Source: an uncultured bacterium
GTDB lineage: Bacteria; Verrucomicrobiota; Verrucomicrobiia; Verrucomicrobiales; DEV007
Reading direction: 5' to 3'
Assembly (NCBI GenBank): GCA_963977015.1
Contig: CAXBMO010000033.1
Coordinates: 1-58,377, forward strand
Length of the DNA: 58,377 bases
The position numbers and the translations under genes are program-made. Below the pieces are notes generated by a model. It had not been told where the DNA came from, ran no database searches, and saw only the letters and a program-made list of their open reading frames with translations. Below, piece after piece: positions 31,984 to 41,544 of the stretch (positions within the stretch are counted from its first letter, which is position 1; the number at the start of each line of letters is the position of its first letter).

Positions 31984-32880
31984 TTACACATCGCAGAGCA
32001 TCGCGGCATGGCGAAGCGCCAACTCGTGATCGTCCCATTCCGGGATGAATTCCTGGGCGACAAAACCAGTGTAACCCGTTTCCAGAATTGCATGCATGAT
32101 CGCGGGGTAGTTGACTTCCTGATCGTCGTCCAGCTCGCCGCGGCCTGGATTTCCCGCAGTGTGGTAATGGCCAATCACGTCTTGGTATTGCCGGATGCGG
32201 CGAATCACGTCGCCGTTCATGATGCTGACGTGATAAATGTCGAAGAGCAGCTTCATGTTGGGCGATCCGACCCGGTTGATGAGATCGACGCAGAAATCGA
32301 CATCGTCGCCGAAGTAGCCGGGATGCCCCTTCATCGGATGCGTTCCATCCCGCGAATTCAGATGCTCGAGCACGAGCGTCACGCCCTTTTCCTCGGCCAG
32401 CGGCATCACTTCTTTCCAGACATCGACACACAGTTGGGCCGACTTTTCCTCATCCATCCCTTCGTAGCGCATTCCGGTAAACGTAATCGCTGATGGAGAC
32501 TTCACGTCCGCGGCCACGTTGATCGCATCCGTCAGTTTCTCGATGCACATGTCCCGATTCGCCGGGTTACACGGACCATTCGCAAACCCGTGACTGCTCA
32601 CCAAGGAAATCTCCAATCCCATCTCGCGAACCTGCGGATAAATATCGCGCGGGATGCCTTCCATCGCGACCAATCCGATCTCCTTGCACAATTTCGCCAA
32701 ACTCAGCATGTCCATTCGATCCTTGAACGTCCAGCCCATGATCGATTGGCGGATGCGGCCATTCGTGATTTTGAAATCGGCCTGCGCCGCGCTCATCGGA
32801 AGCTGAGCCTGTCCGGTGGAAGCCAAGCCAGCGCCGGCTGCGGTCAGCCCGGTGTTGCGAAGAAAATTGCGTCGATTCAT
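31984..32880 (-). CDS. Tat-exported hydroxypyruvate isomerase-like TIM-barrel protein
   Basis: NRRNFL twin-arginine motif; LEHLNS, LLFDIYH, HYHTAG.PGR.E, GFVAQEF. Confidence 0.9.
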   Translation of the reverse strand: MNRRNFLRNTGLTAAGAGLASTGQAQLPMSAAQADFKITNGRIRQSIMGWTFKDRMDMLSLAKLCKEIGLVAMEGIPRDIYPQVREMGLEISLVSSHGFANGPCNPANRDMCIEKLTDAINVAADVKSPSAITFTGMRYEGMDEEKSAQLCVDVWKEVMPLAEEKGVTLVLEHLNSRDGTHPMKGHPGYFGDDVDFCVDLINRVGSPNMKLLFDIYHVSIMNGDVIRRIRQYQDVIGHYHTAGNPGRGELDDDQEVNYPAIMHAILETGYTGFVAQEFIPEWDDHELALRHAAMLCDV

Positions 32881-32939
32881 GCCCGATTGTGGGCCGGTTA
32901 GACCTGCGTGGCAAGCCTGATTCGAGATGCGGGACAATC

Positions 32940-33527
32940 TCAGTCCGGCGAATGCGCTTCGATCGGCAGAAATTGAACCGCATCGGCAATCGCGACTTTC
33001 TGCGAATCAGTTCCCGCATTGGAGATGGTGACTACGGCGGGTTTTCCCGCTTCGAACCGGAATTTCCCGAGCGAGCGAAACAGGTGGTCGTGTTCCGGAA
33101 CCTCTTGTTGATTGATGACAACTGTTTCGATCCCATCCGCATGATGGATCGTGACCGGTGTGTTGGTGGCACGCCGAATATTGGTGCAATGCGAAACACG
33201 GACTTCCCAGGTTCCTGAGCTGGGAAGCTCAACGGTCCAGGTGACGGACTTTTCGCCCTTTCCCGACTTCCGGTCATGAAGGTAGCCGATACCGACATAG
33301 GGCGGCGTGTGAGTCGAATACTGCCATTGGCCTTTCAGAACTGCCTCCGTTTCATCAATCACGATTCCGGGAAGCGATTTTGGATCCTGCACGATGTAGG
33401 GCACGTTCGACGGATCATCAACTTCACCTGGAGCGTGGGAATTTGGAACCGCATCGGGATGGGGCGCCGCCACCAGCCTCACCGCCCCACCAACGAAGCA
33501 TACCAAACGGAAAATGAAGGGATTCAT
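32940..33527 (-). CDS. Secreted protein with golvesin/xanthan-lyase C-terminal-like domain
   Basis: LPGIVIDE..A...G.W..S...YVG.GYLHD, NRATN-like RRATNTPV.I.H, SLGKF.F, ADAVQF. Confidence 0.78.
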   Translation of the reverse strand: MNPFIFRLVCFVGGAVRLVAAPHPDAVPNSHAPGEVDDPSNVPYIVQDPKSLPGIVIDETEAVLKGQWQYSTHTPPYVGIGYLHDRKSGKGEKSVTWTVELPSSGTWEVRVSHCTNIRRATNTPVTIHHADGIETVVINQQEVPEHDHLFRSLGKFRFEAGKPAVVTISNAGTDSQKVAIADAVQFLPIEAHSPD

Positions 33528-33741
33528 AAGCCAGTATCGCGGGGCTCCCGTCCCGCGCAAGGCAGAGCCTATGCCTGCACGGTTGGAAATGCGTTGTCTG
33601 GGTGGCCAATTTGCTGGGGTTCCGGTTGGCTAGGCTGGTGATTTCAGGTCTGGGCCAACTAACCAATAAAAAGGGTTTACGACCTCGCAAATGTTTGCAC
33701 AGTTCAGCCGCCCAAGGTTGGGCACTGAACGTTTGTAGACC

Positions 33742-34536
33742 ATGAATTCGGAACCAACTGTCGACTGTCCGCATTGCCAACAGTCCATTTCCATTCCCGC
33801 AGATTACGGTTCAAACCGGGCGGTTTGTCCCACGTGTTCGGGGGAGTTCGCGATCGAATTGCCGCAAAAGCCTGCTCCTCAGCGAGTGATGCAGACCGTG
33901 CAATCTCCTTTGCCGACGGGCCCGCTCCTCAACACGGCCGGCCAAGCTCGCAAACCAAAGATTACCGAGCCGGGGGCATCGTTCCTCTCGGTGCTGTTTT
34001 CCATGGGAGGGCGGATGCGTCGCACGACCTACTGGGCGATCCAATTGGGGTCAGGTTTTGGAGTGCTTTTTGCCGTGGGTGCGTTCGGCAGCCTACTCTT
34101 TGATATGGAGGTCTTCGAATTGCTGACGGGTAATCCGGACTTGGAAAAAATCAGTTCTTCCACGTTTCTAGCTGGGACCTTGGTGATCCTTGGTCTCTGG
34201 TGGTGGATCTTACTCGCCTCCACGGTCAAGCGTTGGCATGATCGCGACAAATCGGGCTGGTGGATTTGGATCAATTTTGTCCCTGTCATCGGGGGATTTT
34301 GGGCACTGATCGAAAACGGTTTTCTGGGGGCTTCCCCGAGAGGGGGCGAGGTCAACAACTACGGTCGCGATGAGCGCAACCGGACGGGGGCGATCGTTGC
34401 CGGTTCGGTCGTCGCTCTTTTCTTGATTGGGTGTGTGGGATTGGTAATCTGGACGGAATTTGCCGAGGAATCGCAGGCAACCAACGTAATCGGTGACATT
34501 GAGCATTCCGCCAACACCGAGCTCCCCAGTCGCTGA
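33742..34536 (+). CDS. DUF805 membrane protein with N-terminal zinc ribbon
   Basis: CPHC...CPTC; LFS..GR.RR..YW, VKRWHDRDKSGWW, NNYG. Confidence 0.88.
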   Translation: MNSEPTVDCPHCQQSISIPADYGSNRAVCPTCSGEFAIELPQKPAPQRVMQTVQSPLPTGPLLNTAGQARKPKITEPGASFLSVLFSMGGRMRRTTYWAIQLGSGFGVLFAVGAFGSLLFDMEVFELLTGNPDLEKISSSTFLAGTLVILGLWWWILLASTVKRWHDRDKSGWWIWINFVPVIGGFWALIENGFLGASPRGGEVNNYGRDERNRTGAIVAGSVVALFLIGCVGLVIWTEFAEESQATNVIGDIEHSANTELPSR

Positions 34537-34570
34537 CTTGCGTGCGTTGGGAGAGTCGCGATAGTGTGAT

Positions 34571-35005
34571 ATGCCAGCTGAAGATCCCTTTTCGCTCGAA
34601 CGCTTCGAGTCCGCCCAGGAAGGCATTTACGACACCGTTTGTCGCGAACTCAAGAAGGGCAAAAAACGGAGCCATTGGATGTGGTTCATCTTTCCGCAAC
34701 TGGATGGATTGGGGCGCAGTTCGACCGCCCGGCATTATGCGATCAAGTCGCTCGAAGAAGCCGACGCGTATCTCGCGCATGCGACATTGGGACCTCGCCT
34801 CCTCGAGTGCTGCCAACTGATTCTCGGGATTGAGGGAACGTCGGCGACCGACATTTTCGGGTTTCCCGACGATGTGAAGTTGCGTTCGTCAATGACGCTC
34901 TTCGCCAAGGTCGATGGGGCGCCGACGGAGTTCCAAAGGGTCATCGACAAGTATTTTGGCGGCGAGTTCGACCAACGCACGATCGAGCTTCTGGAAGCCC
35001 CCTAA
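34571..35005 (+). CDS. DUF1810 family protein
   Basis: LERF..AQ, GKKRSHWMWFIFPQL.GLG.S, YL.H..LG.RL, D..KL.SSMTLF. Confidence 0.92.
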   Translation: MPAEDPFSLERFESAQEGIYDTVCRELKKGKKRSHWMWFIFPQLDGLGRSSTARHYAIKSLEEADAYLAHATLGPRLLECCQLILGIEGTSATDIFGFPDDVKLRSSMTLFAKVDGAPTEFQRVIDKYFGGEFDQRTIELLEAP

Positions 35006-35042
35006 GAACTCGCGGCGCGTTCCCTCTTCCGGTCTTCTCCTC

Positions 35043-35078
35043 AAAAAAAAGCACCCGGAAGATCAGACTTCCGGGTGC
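35043..35078 (-). terminator. Intrinsic terminator after pstS
   Basis: 11-bp stem GCACCCGGAAG/CTTCCGGGTGC, 6-nt loop, T8 tract on the minus strand. Confidence 0.88.
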
Positions 35079-35110
35079 TCAAAGCTTTAGATTTTGGCGA
35101 TCGATAAGAC

Positions 35111-36151
35111 TTATTCCTTGAAGGCGATGAAGCCGACTTTCTCGACGATCTTCGCAGCCTCAGGAGCGGTCTTCGCCCACTTGAGGAACTTCCCGGCTTC
35201 GCCTTCAGGAGTTCCAACCGTGTAGTAGTAGAGTTTGCGGGCAAGAGGGTAGGTCAGGGCCATTTCAGGAGTGGCGGCAGTTCCGTCAACCGCAACAGCT
35301 TTGACCCCGTTGGCTCCGGTGTAGGCCAAGCCAACATAACCGATGCCATTCGGGTTTTTGCCGACTTCCTGGGCGATTTGCTCATTACCAGCCATCTTCT
35401 GAGTATCGGCGCCATAGTCGCGGCCACCCATTCCCAGCTTCTGGAAGGATTTGTAGGTTCCGGAGGAAGTGTTGCGGGTGTAAACGGAGATTTCCGCGTC
35501 AGGACCACCAACTTCGCTCCAGTTCTGGATGTCACCGGTGAAGATGGCTTCGACTTGTTCGAGCGTCAGTTCCTCAAGGGCGTTGGCGCTGTTCACGATC
35601 ACTCCAATCATGTCGACGCCCGCAATGTGCTCGACCAATCCGGGAAGCTCAGCTTTCTCCGTGTCCTTCACGTCGCGGCTGGACATTCCGATTTGAGCCG
35701 TGCCAGACTTCAGCGAGGTGAAAGCGGTGGAAGAGCCTTCCGCAGCGATTTCGAAGTTGGCTTGGTTGCCCGCAGCCTTGTAGGCTTCCGCCAGTTGGGG
35801 AACCATTTTTGCGCCGAGGGTGTCGGATCCCTTGATCACGATGGTCTCGGAGACTTTCTTCGGAGCAGGGACTGCCGCGGCGGCGACCTCCTTGGTCTTC
35901 TCGGCAGCTTTCTCAGCCATTTCCTTGGTGGCTTCGGCAGCTTTCTCAGCGACTTCTTTGGTGGCTTCAGTAGCTTCGGCCGCGACCTCTTTGGTAGCTT
36001 CTGCGATTGCAGATGCAGCTTCCTTCGTTTCTTCCACAGCTTTTTCGGTGGCAGTTTCAGGAGCGGCCGGAGCAGCCTCTTCTTTGTTACAAGCACCGAG
36101 GCTTAGGCCAAAGGCAATGGCTACGATGGTCAGGTAGTGATTAATTTTCAT
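35111..36151 (-). CDS. pstS: Phosphate-binding lipoprotein
   Basis: LGAC lipobox; IKGSDT, GSSTAF, IGMSSR, RNTSSGT, IGYVG, YPLARKLY. Confidence 0.92.
   Translation of the reverse strand: MKINHYLTIVAIAFGLSLGACNKEEAAPAAPETATEKAVEETKEAASAIAEATKEVAAEATEATKEVAEKAAEATKEMAEKAAEKTKEVAAAAVPAPKKVSETIVIKGSDTLGAKMVPQLAEAYKAAGNQANFEIAAEGSSTAFTSLKSGTAQIGMSSRDVKDTEKAELPGLVEHIAGVDMIGVIVNSANALEELTLEQVEAIFTGDIQNWSEVGGPDAEISVYTRNTSSGTYKSFQKLGMGGRDYGADTQKMAGNEQIAQEVGKNPNGIGYVGLAYTGANGVKAVAVDGTAATPEMALTYPLARKLYYYTVGTPEGEAGKFLKWAKTAPEAAKIVEKVGFIAFKE
35885..36049 (-). repeat. Five degenerate 33-bp (11-aa) repeats in the PstS linker
   Basis: TEKAVEETKEA / ASAIAEATKEV / AAEATEATKEV / AEKAAEATKEM / AEKAAEKTKEV. Confidence 0.9.
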
Positions 36152-36216
36152 TTATTCTTAAGGATTGAACCAACTGCTCCCGAAGACGTGCCGGAGCGGC
36201 TTTGCAAACATCGCAA

Positions 36217-36233
36217 TGTGACAAAACCGTTGC
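36217..36233 (-). promoter_or_regulatory. Pho-box-like site upstream of pstS
   Basis: TTGCAAC-GGTT-TTGTCAC on the minus strand; 11-bp period; resembles the CTGTCAT half-site; 66 nt from the start codon. Confidence 0.55.
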
Positions 36234-36262
36234 AAAGAGTCGTCGTGAATGGACGCGGGCGT

Positions 36263-37690
36263 CTATTCTGCCAATACCGGTCCCGGCGCATTCATGGTTG
36301 CCGCTCCAAGATCTTCCCCAGGCATCGTTCCCCGTTGGTGTTCGGGGTTTTTCTTTCCGTAGGCGTCCTGGCGGTCGTTGGTGATGTCTTCGGGAATGGA
36401 ATCGCCGGTTTCTGTGGTCCAGCGCTCCAGCAACGCCCGTGCCTCTTCAAGCACCGGTGAGTTCTCCGGGTTCGCCGCCAGGTTCGCGATCTGATGCGGA
36501 TCCTTGCTCACCCGATACAGCTCCTCGGCCGGACGCGGCTTCAGGAAGATGTCGCGCTGCTCGGGCTTGAGCTTTCCGGCCGCCTCGTATTCCCACAACT
36601 CTTCGCCGGCCGGGAACGTCGGATCTCCCTCCATGCACAGATTCTGCAGCTCGGGGAACGCGTTTTTGATGTAGAGCCAGTCGCCGAAGCGCACCATTCG
36701 CTCGTGCGCCTGAAAAACGTGCCAATTGTGCTCGGCAAAAGCGTAGTCGCGGATTTTCGCGCTCGGATCCGAGAGTAATTTCGCGAAGCTGACCCCTTGA
36801 ATCGTCGGGATCTTCTCGACCCCGGCCAAATCCAGAATCGTGGCTGAAAAATCGATCGAACTGACGATCGAATCGCACACCGTCTTCTCCACGCCCGGTC
36901 CTGCGATCAAGAGCGGCGTCTTGATCCCGCTGTCGTAGAGTCGCGTTTTCGCTCGGGGCAGCGGTCGCCCGTTGTCCGCGCAATAGATCACATAGGTGTT
37001 GTCCGCGATTCCCTGCCGCTCCAGCTCCGCCCGCAGCTTGCCCATGTAAAAATCCGTCCGGCTCACCTCGTGAAAATAGTTCGCCAGATCCTGACGCGTC
37101 TTTGGTCCGTCCGCGAGATAGGGAGGCACTACCACCTTCTCCGGATCATAGATCGGCGCCTCTTTCGCGTTGATCTGCCATTTGCGATGCGCATCGGCCG
37201 AACCGAACCAGCAGAAAAACGGCTGATCCACGGGGCGCGACTTCAGCAGCGAAACCCAGTCTTCCGACTTGCTCGGTCCCTTGCCCTTGGACTCCACCGC
37301 AAAACCCAGTTCATCCGCTTTGCCCATGTGGTTCTTCCCGGAGATTACCGTGTGATAGCCCGCCGCCTTCAGCGCCTGCACAAAGGTCGCCTGATCCTTC
37401 GGCAAACTCGTGTGCAACTCGGGCGCGCCGGTGTTGTGGGGATAACGCCCCGTGATCGTGCTGCACCGGCTGGGCGAACAACTGCTGATCGCCAGATACG
37501 CCTGGGTGAAGCGCATCCCGTCCGCCGCCATCTGGTCCAGATTCGGCGTTTGCGCACAGGTGCTGCCGTAGCAACCGAGATCCTCGGCCGAGATGTCGTC
37601 GGTGATGAAGAAGATGAAGTTCGGCCGCTCTGCTGCGAAGGCGGAACTCGCCCACAGGGTCAGGATGGCCAGAATGAAGGGGGGTTTCAT
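36263..37690 (-). CDS. Sulfatase (sulfamidase-like)
   Basis: Signal peptide; PNFIFFITDD, CSPSR...TGRY, GKNH, DAHR, DNG, LYDSG. Confidence 0.92.
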   Translation of the reverse strand: MKPPFILAILTLWASSAFAAERPNFIFFITDDISAEDLGCYGSTCAQTPNLDQMAADGMRFTQAYLAISSCSPSRCSTITGRYPHNTGAPELHTSLPKDQATFVQALKAAGYHTVISGKNHMGKADELGFAVESKGKGPSKSEDWVSLLKSRPVDQPFFCWFGSADAHRKWQINAKEAPIYDPEKVVVPPYLADGPKTRQDLANYFHEVSRTDFYMGKLRAELERQGIADNTYVIYCADNGRPLPRAKTRLYDSGIKTPLLIAGPGVEKTVCDSIVSSIDFSATILDLAGVEKIPTIQGVSFAKLLSDPSAKIRDYAFAEHNWHVFQAHERMVRFGDWLYIKNAFPELQNLCMEGDPTFPAGEELWEYEAAGKLKPEQRDIFLKPRPAEELYRVSKDPHQIANLAANPENSPVLEEARALLERWTTETGDSIPEDITNDRQDAYGKKNPEHQRGTMPGEDLGAATMNAPGPVLAE

Positions 37691-37739
37691 GGGCAACTCT
37701 TGGCGCGAAGTCCAACCGCGCGCAAGTCTTCCCTCGTTG

Positions 37740-39149
37740 CTACCAGCTGTAGGCGCCTCCCTGGATGCGTTCGATCTTGCGGATCAACCACACGTTCTGC
37801 TTCTCCACCGAGTTGAACGGCGGATCGGTCATCCTGGGATTGCGGCGGTACCAGGGCTTCCGCGCAAAATAATTCTGCAACGCCTTGGAGCGGAACGGAT
37901 AGCCATGCCGGGCGAAAATCTCGTTCCGGGCGATCGAAAGTTCCTGGGCCGTGAGCCCCTGAAGAACCGATCGCGGAAGCGGTTGTTGGGAAGAGTAGGG
38001 GAACATGTCGGGAACCGCCGCGGTTGAGCCATCGCCGGGAAGCGACTTCGCCGGTGAGATGAAGGGGCCGCCGTTGTCCTTCTCCACCGCGAGGATCAAT
38101 TCCGCGTTGCGGGTCTCCACATCCGACAGGCTGGGCGACTTGAATCCCGGCTTGGCGCGATACCAGGATCGCGAGCCAAAGTAGCGCTGCAGAAGCGGCG
38201 TGCCAAAGTCGTAGCCATGGCGGGCAAAGACCTCGTTCCGCGCCAGATAAAGTTGCTGCAGGCTCATCGAGCTCAACTCCGCTTCGGTCAGCGCCCGCCG
38301 GTTTGAATCCGGAATGATCCAGGCGACCGCTTCGGGCATGGCGGTGTCGGCCCCGGTTCCCGGCAATGCCCGCCCCAGACCATACGCGACCGGGCGCTGC
38401 GGGCTCGTGTCCGAATCTCCCTCGCCGCGAAGCAACTCCGTCGTTTCCTCCCACACCCGTTCCGAGGCGGCCCCAAACACCGCCTCCCAGGTTCGGAACC
38501 GTTGCATGTCCGAGTGGAGATTCACAGTCAGATATCCGCCCCGCGCCGTTCCGAACGCGTATTGGCCCGGTGACGCCGCTGTGATGTCGACAAATCCTTC
38601 GTGCCGCAACAGCAGAAAGTAGAGCGTTTCCCACGGCTCGACCTCGTCATCACCCTCCGCCAATTCCGTCGGCGGATAGCTGGAGCAGCAGTCCGTCACA
38701 AAGATCTTCAGTCGGCAGGGCAACGCCGCGATCGATTCCGCCCATCCGTTGCGGTTGATCGCCTTGGAATCGACCGTCTCCAGAAACTGAACGCCCGAAG
38801 CCGGGTCCAGAATAATGCCGTGGCCGGAAAAATGGACGTAAACCGTGTCTTCCGGCCCCACCTGCCCGCTCAGAAGCTCCCAGCGCCGGAAAATCTCCGC
38901 CTCGCTCGCATTCGCTCCGCTCAGGATGTTCATCCGCACCTGCACGCCCCAACCCTGCTGCGGAATGTGGTCGCGAAAGGTTTCCTCCACCATGTAGCGG
39001 TCCGCAGTCACGCTCTGGTTGATATTGCCCGCGTCGCCCTGATAGGCATCGCAAAACACCCCGAACACGTGGATCGTCGGTTCCGCCCGGGCCGGGGTCG
39101 CCAGAACCAGCATCAGGGCAACGATCCAGCTCAGGGAATGCATCTTCAT
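37740..39149 (-). CDS. Secreted caspase-like (C14) protein with two YARHG domains
   Basis: Signal peptide ending ARA; HFSGHG and VTDCCS dyad; LARNEVFARHGYDF and IARNEIFARHGYPF. Confidence 0.87.
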   Translation of the reverse strand: MKMHSLSWIVALMLVLATPARAEPTIHVFGVFCDAYQGDAGNINQSVTADRYMVEETFRDHIPQQGWGVQVRMNILSGANASEAEIFRRWELLSGQVGPEDTVYVHFSGHGIILDPASGVQFLETVDSKAINRNGWAESIAALPCRLKIFVTDCCSSYPPTELAEGDDEVEPWETLYFLLLRHEGFVDITAASPGQYAFGTARGGYLTVNLHSDMQRFRTWEAVFGAASERVWEETTELLRGEGDSDTSPQRPVAYGLGRALPGTGADTAMPEAVAWIIPDSNRRALTEAELSSMSLQQLYLARNEVFARHGYDFGTPLLQRYFGSRSWYRAKPGFKSPSLSDVETRNAELILAVEKDNGGPFISPAKSLPGDGSTAAVPDMFPYSSQQPLPRSVLQGLTAQELSIARNEIFARHGYPFRSKALQNYFARKPWYRRNPRMTDPPFNSVEKQNVWLIRKIERIQGGAYSW

Positions 39150-39290
39150 CACGGCATCAGCCAAAAACAACGGCCGCAAACCGTCAAGAAACGATGACAG
39201 GGATTTTCGTGCTGGCTCCTTGAGCGAGCCGTCTTCCAGCGCAAGTTTGTAGGGTGAGCTTCCCGTTCACGACCAACCTATTGATACCTG

Positions 39291-40523
39291 ATGAGCATTG
39301 CCCCTCCCTTTGACCTTGCAGCCCGGCGCGCCGACTTCCCCATCCTCGATCGCGAAGTCAACGGCAAGCCACTTGTCTATCTCGACAACGGGGCCACCTC
39401 GCAAAAGCCGCGCCAAGTCATCGAGCGGCTCAGGGAATTCTACGAAGTCGAGAACTCGAACATCCATCGCGGCGTTCACTACCTCAGCGTCAAGGCGACC
39501 GACTCCTATGACGAAGCGCGCGCCACGATCGCGAACGCTCTCAATGTCGAAGACGCCGGGCAGCTCATTTTCACGCGGGGCACGACCGAGGGCATCAACC
39601 TCGTTGCCCATTCCTGGGGACGTCAGAACCTTGGCGAAGGCGATGAAATCGTCCTCACCCATATGGAGCACCACGCCAACATCGTCCCGTGGCAGTTTCT
39701 CGCCGAGCAAACCGGCGCCATCATCAAGGTTGCGCCCGTCACTGACGAGGGGCTCCTCGATCTCGATGCCTGGAAGGGGCTCTTCACGGAGAAAACCAAG
39801 CTCGCCTCCTTCACCCACATTTCCAACGTCCTCGGCACCGTCAATCCTGTTGCCGAGATGACGGCTTACGCGCGGGAACGCGGCATCATCACGCTTGTCG
39901 ATGGAGCCCAGGGCGCGCCCCACGGCCCGGTCGATGTCACCGCACTCGGTTGCGACTTTTACGCCTTCAGCGGCCACAAATGCTATGGCCCCGACGGAAT
40001 CGGCGTGCTCTTCGGTCGCCGCGAATTGCTCGAAGCCATGGCGCCTTACCAACGGGGAGGGGACATGGTCGAGAAAGTCACGTTTGAGGAAACGACCTTC
40101 AAGGGCATCCCGGAAAAATACGAAGCCGGCACGCCGAACATCTCCGGCGCCATAGGCCTCGCCGCCGCATTCGACTACATGGCGGCTCTCGACTGGACCG
40201 CGATCGCCGCGCACGAACAAGCGCTGCTCGAAGCGACCAACACCGCACTAGCCGAGATCCCCAGCGTCCAGTTTCAAGGGACGGTCGCTGGCAAGGTCCC
40301 CGTCGTCAGTTTCACGATGAAAGGCATCCACCCGCACGACATCGGGACCATCCTCGACAGTGAGGGCGTTGCCGTCCGCGCTGGCAACCACTGCGCCCAG
40401 CCGCTCATGGCCAGATTCGGCATCCCCAGCAGTGCCCGAGCCAGCTTTGCGTTTTACAACACGCTGGAGGAAGTGGAAGTCCTCGCCAAAGCCGTTGCCA
40501 AGACACAACGCTTCTTTGGGTAG
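39291..40523 (+). CDS. sufS: Cysteine desulfurase
   Basis: YLDNGATSQKP, NIHRG, EHHANIVPW, FSGHK, EAGTP, RAGNHCAQP. Confidence 0.96.
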   Translation: MSIAPPFDLAARRADFPILDREVNGKPLVYLDNGATSQKPRQVIERLREFYEVENSNIHRGVHYLSVKATDSYDEARATIANALNVEDAGQLIFTRGTTEGINLVAHSWGRQNLGEGDEIVLTHMEHHANIVPWQFLAEQTGAIIKVAPVTDEGLLDLDAWKGLFTEKTKLASFTHISNVLGTVNPVAEMTAYARERGIITLVDGAQGAPHGPVDVTALGCDFYAFSGHKCYGPDGIGVLFGRRELLEAMAPYQRGGDMVEKVTFEETTFKGIPEKYEAGTPNISGAIGLAAAFDYMAALDWTAIAAHEQALLEATNTALAEIPSVQFQGTVAGKVPVVSFTMKGIHPHDIGTILDSEGVAVRAGNHCAQPLMARFGIPSSARASFAFYNTLEEVEVLAKAVAKTQRFFG

Positions 40524-40527
40524 ATCA

Positions 40528-41544
40528 CTACTGGTCGGACGAATTGAGCTTCATTCGCACCCTCTCAATCATGGCCAGGCTCCGTCGCAGATCTTTCTGG
40601 ATACTCTCATCATCCGGCCTCATCGCCTCCAACTCTTCGCAAAGTACCAAGCGGGTCTTATAATGAGCCAACGCTTCGGCCCACTCGTTCTCCTGCTCTC
40701 TCAACATCCCAATTACGTCGTGAAAGTAGAGGAGGTCGAACCGCAAACTGCAGTTGTGGGAATCAGATTCAGCCAGCTTTTCGCGAACCATTAGTCCCGT
40801 CTCATACTGCAGAATAGCTCCCCCTCTTTCGCCTTTCGCCATTGCGATATCGCCAAGCTTCTTGTGGCTGTCGGAAAAGTCGAGTAGCCATTGGGTATTG
40901 CCGGGGTCAGCGGCGACCAACTTCTGGCGAATGTTCCGGCTTTCCCCATGGTGATGGGTGGCATGTTCCAAATCCATGCGGGCAATGGCGAGATTGCCCA
41001 TCTTGTAGTGACCGAGCGCAAGGATGCTCTGGTTGTCCAAGTCGTCGGGATCAGATTTCACCAAATTGGTTGCGATCTCATACAGCTCTCCGTATTGCCG
41101 GTCGGCCACCTTCAGTTCCCCCTTGGCCAAGGCAAGATCGCCTTTTTTTCCATGAACCGCTGAGTGATAGCGCCGCCACTCGTTGTTGTGGGGATCGGTC
41201 GCTACCAGTTTCTCACGGATCGAATGGCTTTCGTTATAGTGCCGATCCGCTGCATCCAAATCCAAGAGCTTCAAGGCGAGATCGCCGAGCGAGATGTGGC
41301 TGTGGGAAAGGTCACCCAGCCATGTGTGGTTGGTAGGATCGGCCTTCGCCAATTCCTTTCTGATGGTCAGGGCTTCCGTAAAGTGAAGCTGGGCAGCTTC
41401 CAGGGAACCTTCGTGTTTAGCATGCTCGCCCTTCTCCATCAGCTCCATCGCTCGCTTGCTCCCTTCAGGATTAGCAAGGAGCGCCGCTATCCCAACGAGG
41501 TAAATCAGGGAAAGAACGCTGCACTGTGTAGCAGAAGCTGCCAT
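40528..41544 (-). CDS. Tetratricopeptide-repeat protein
   Basis: Repeated helical units DP.N..W..D.S.S...LGD.A; hydrophobic N-terminus; start uncertain (ATG 41544 chosen). Confidence 0.78.
   Translation of the reverse strand: MAASATQCSVLSLIYLVGIAALLANPEGSKRAMELMEKGEHAKHEGSLEAAQLHFTEALTIRKELAKADPTNHTWLGDLSHSHISLGDLALKLLDLDAADRHYNESHSIREKLVATDPHNNEWRRYHSAVHGKKGDLALAKGELKVADRQYGELYEIATNLVKSDPDDLDNQSILALGHYKMGNLAIARMDLEHATHHHGESRNIRQKLVAADPGNTQWLLDFSDSHKKLGDIAMAKGERGGAILQYETGLMVREKLAESDSHNCSLRFDLLYFHDVIGMLREQENEWAEALAHYKTRLVLCEELEAMRPDDESIQKDLRRSLAMIERVRMKLNSSDQ

Noticed and set aside
33702-33730. Hairpin GTTCAG..GCCCAA-GG-TTGGGC.CTGAAC before the DUF805 gene
   Set aside because: No U-tract and no match to a riboswitch I recognise; not enough to call.
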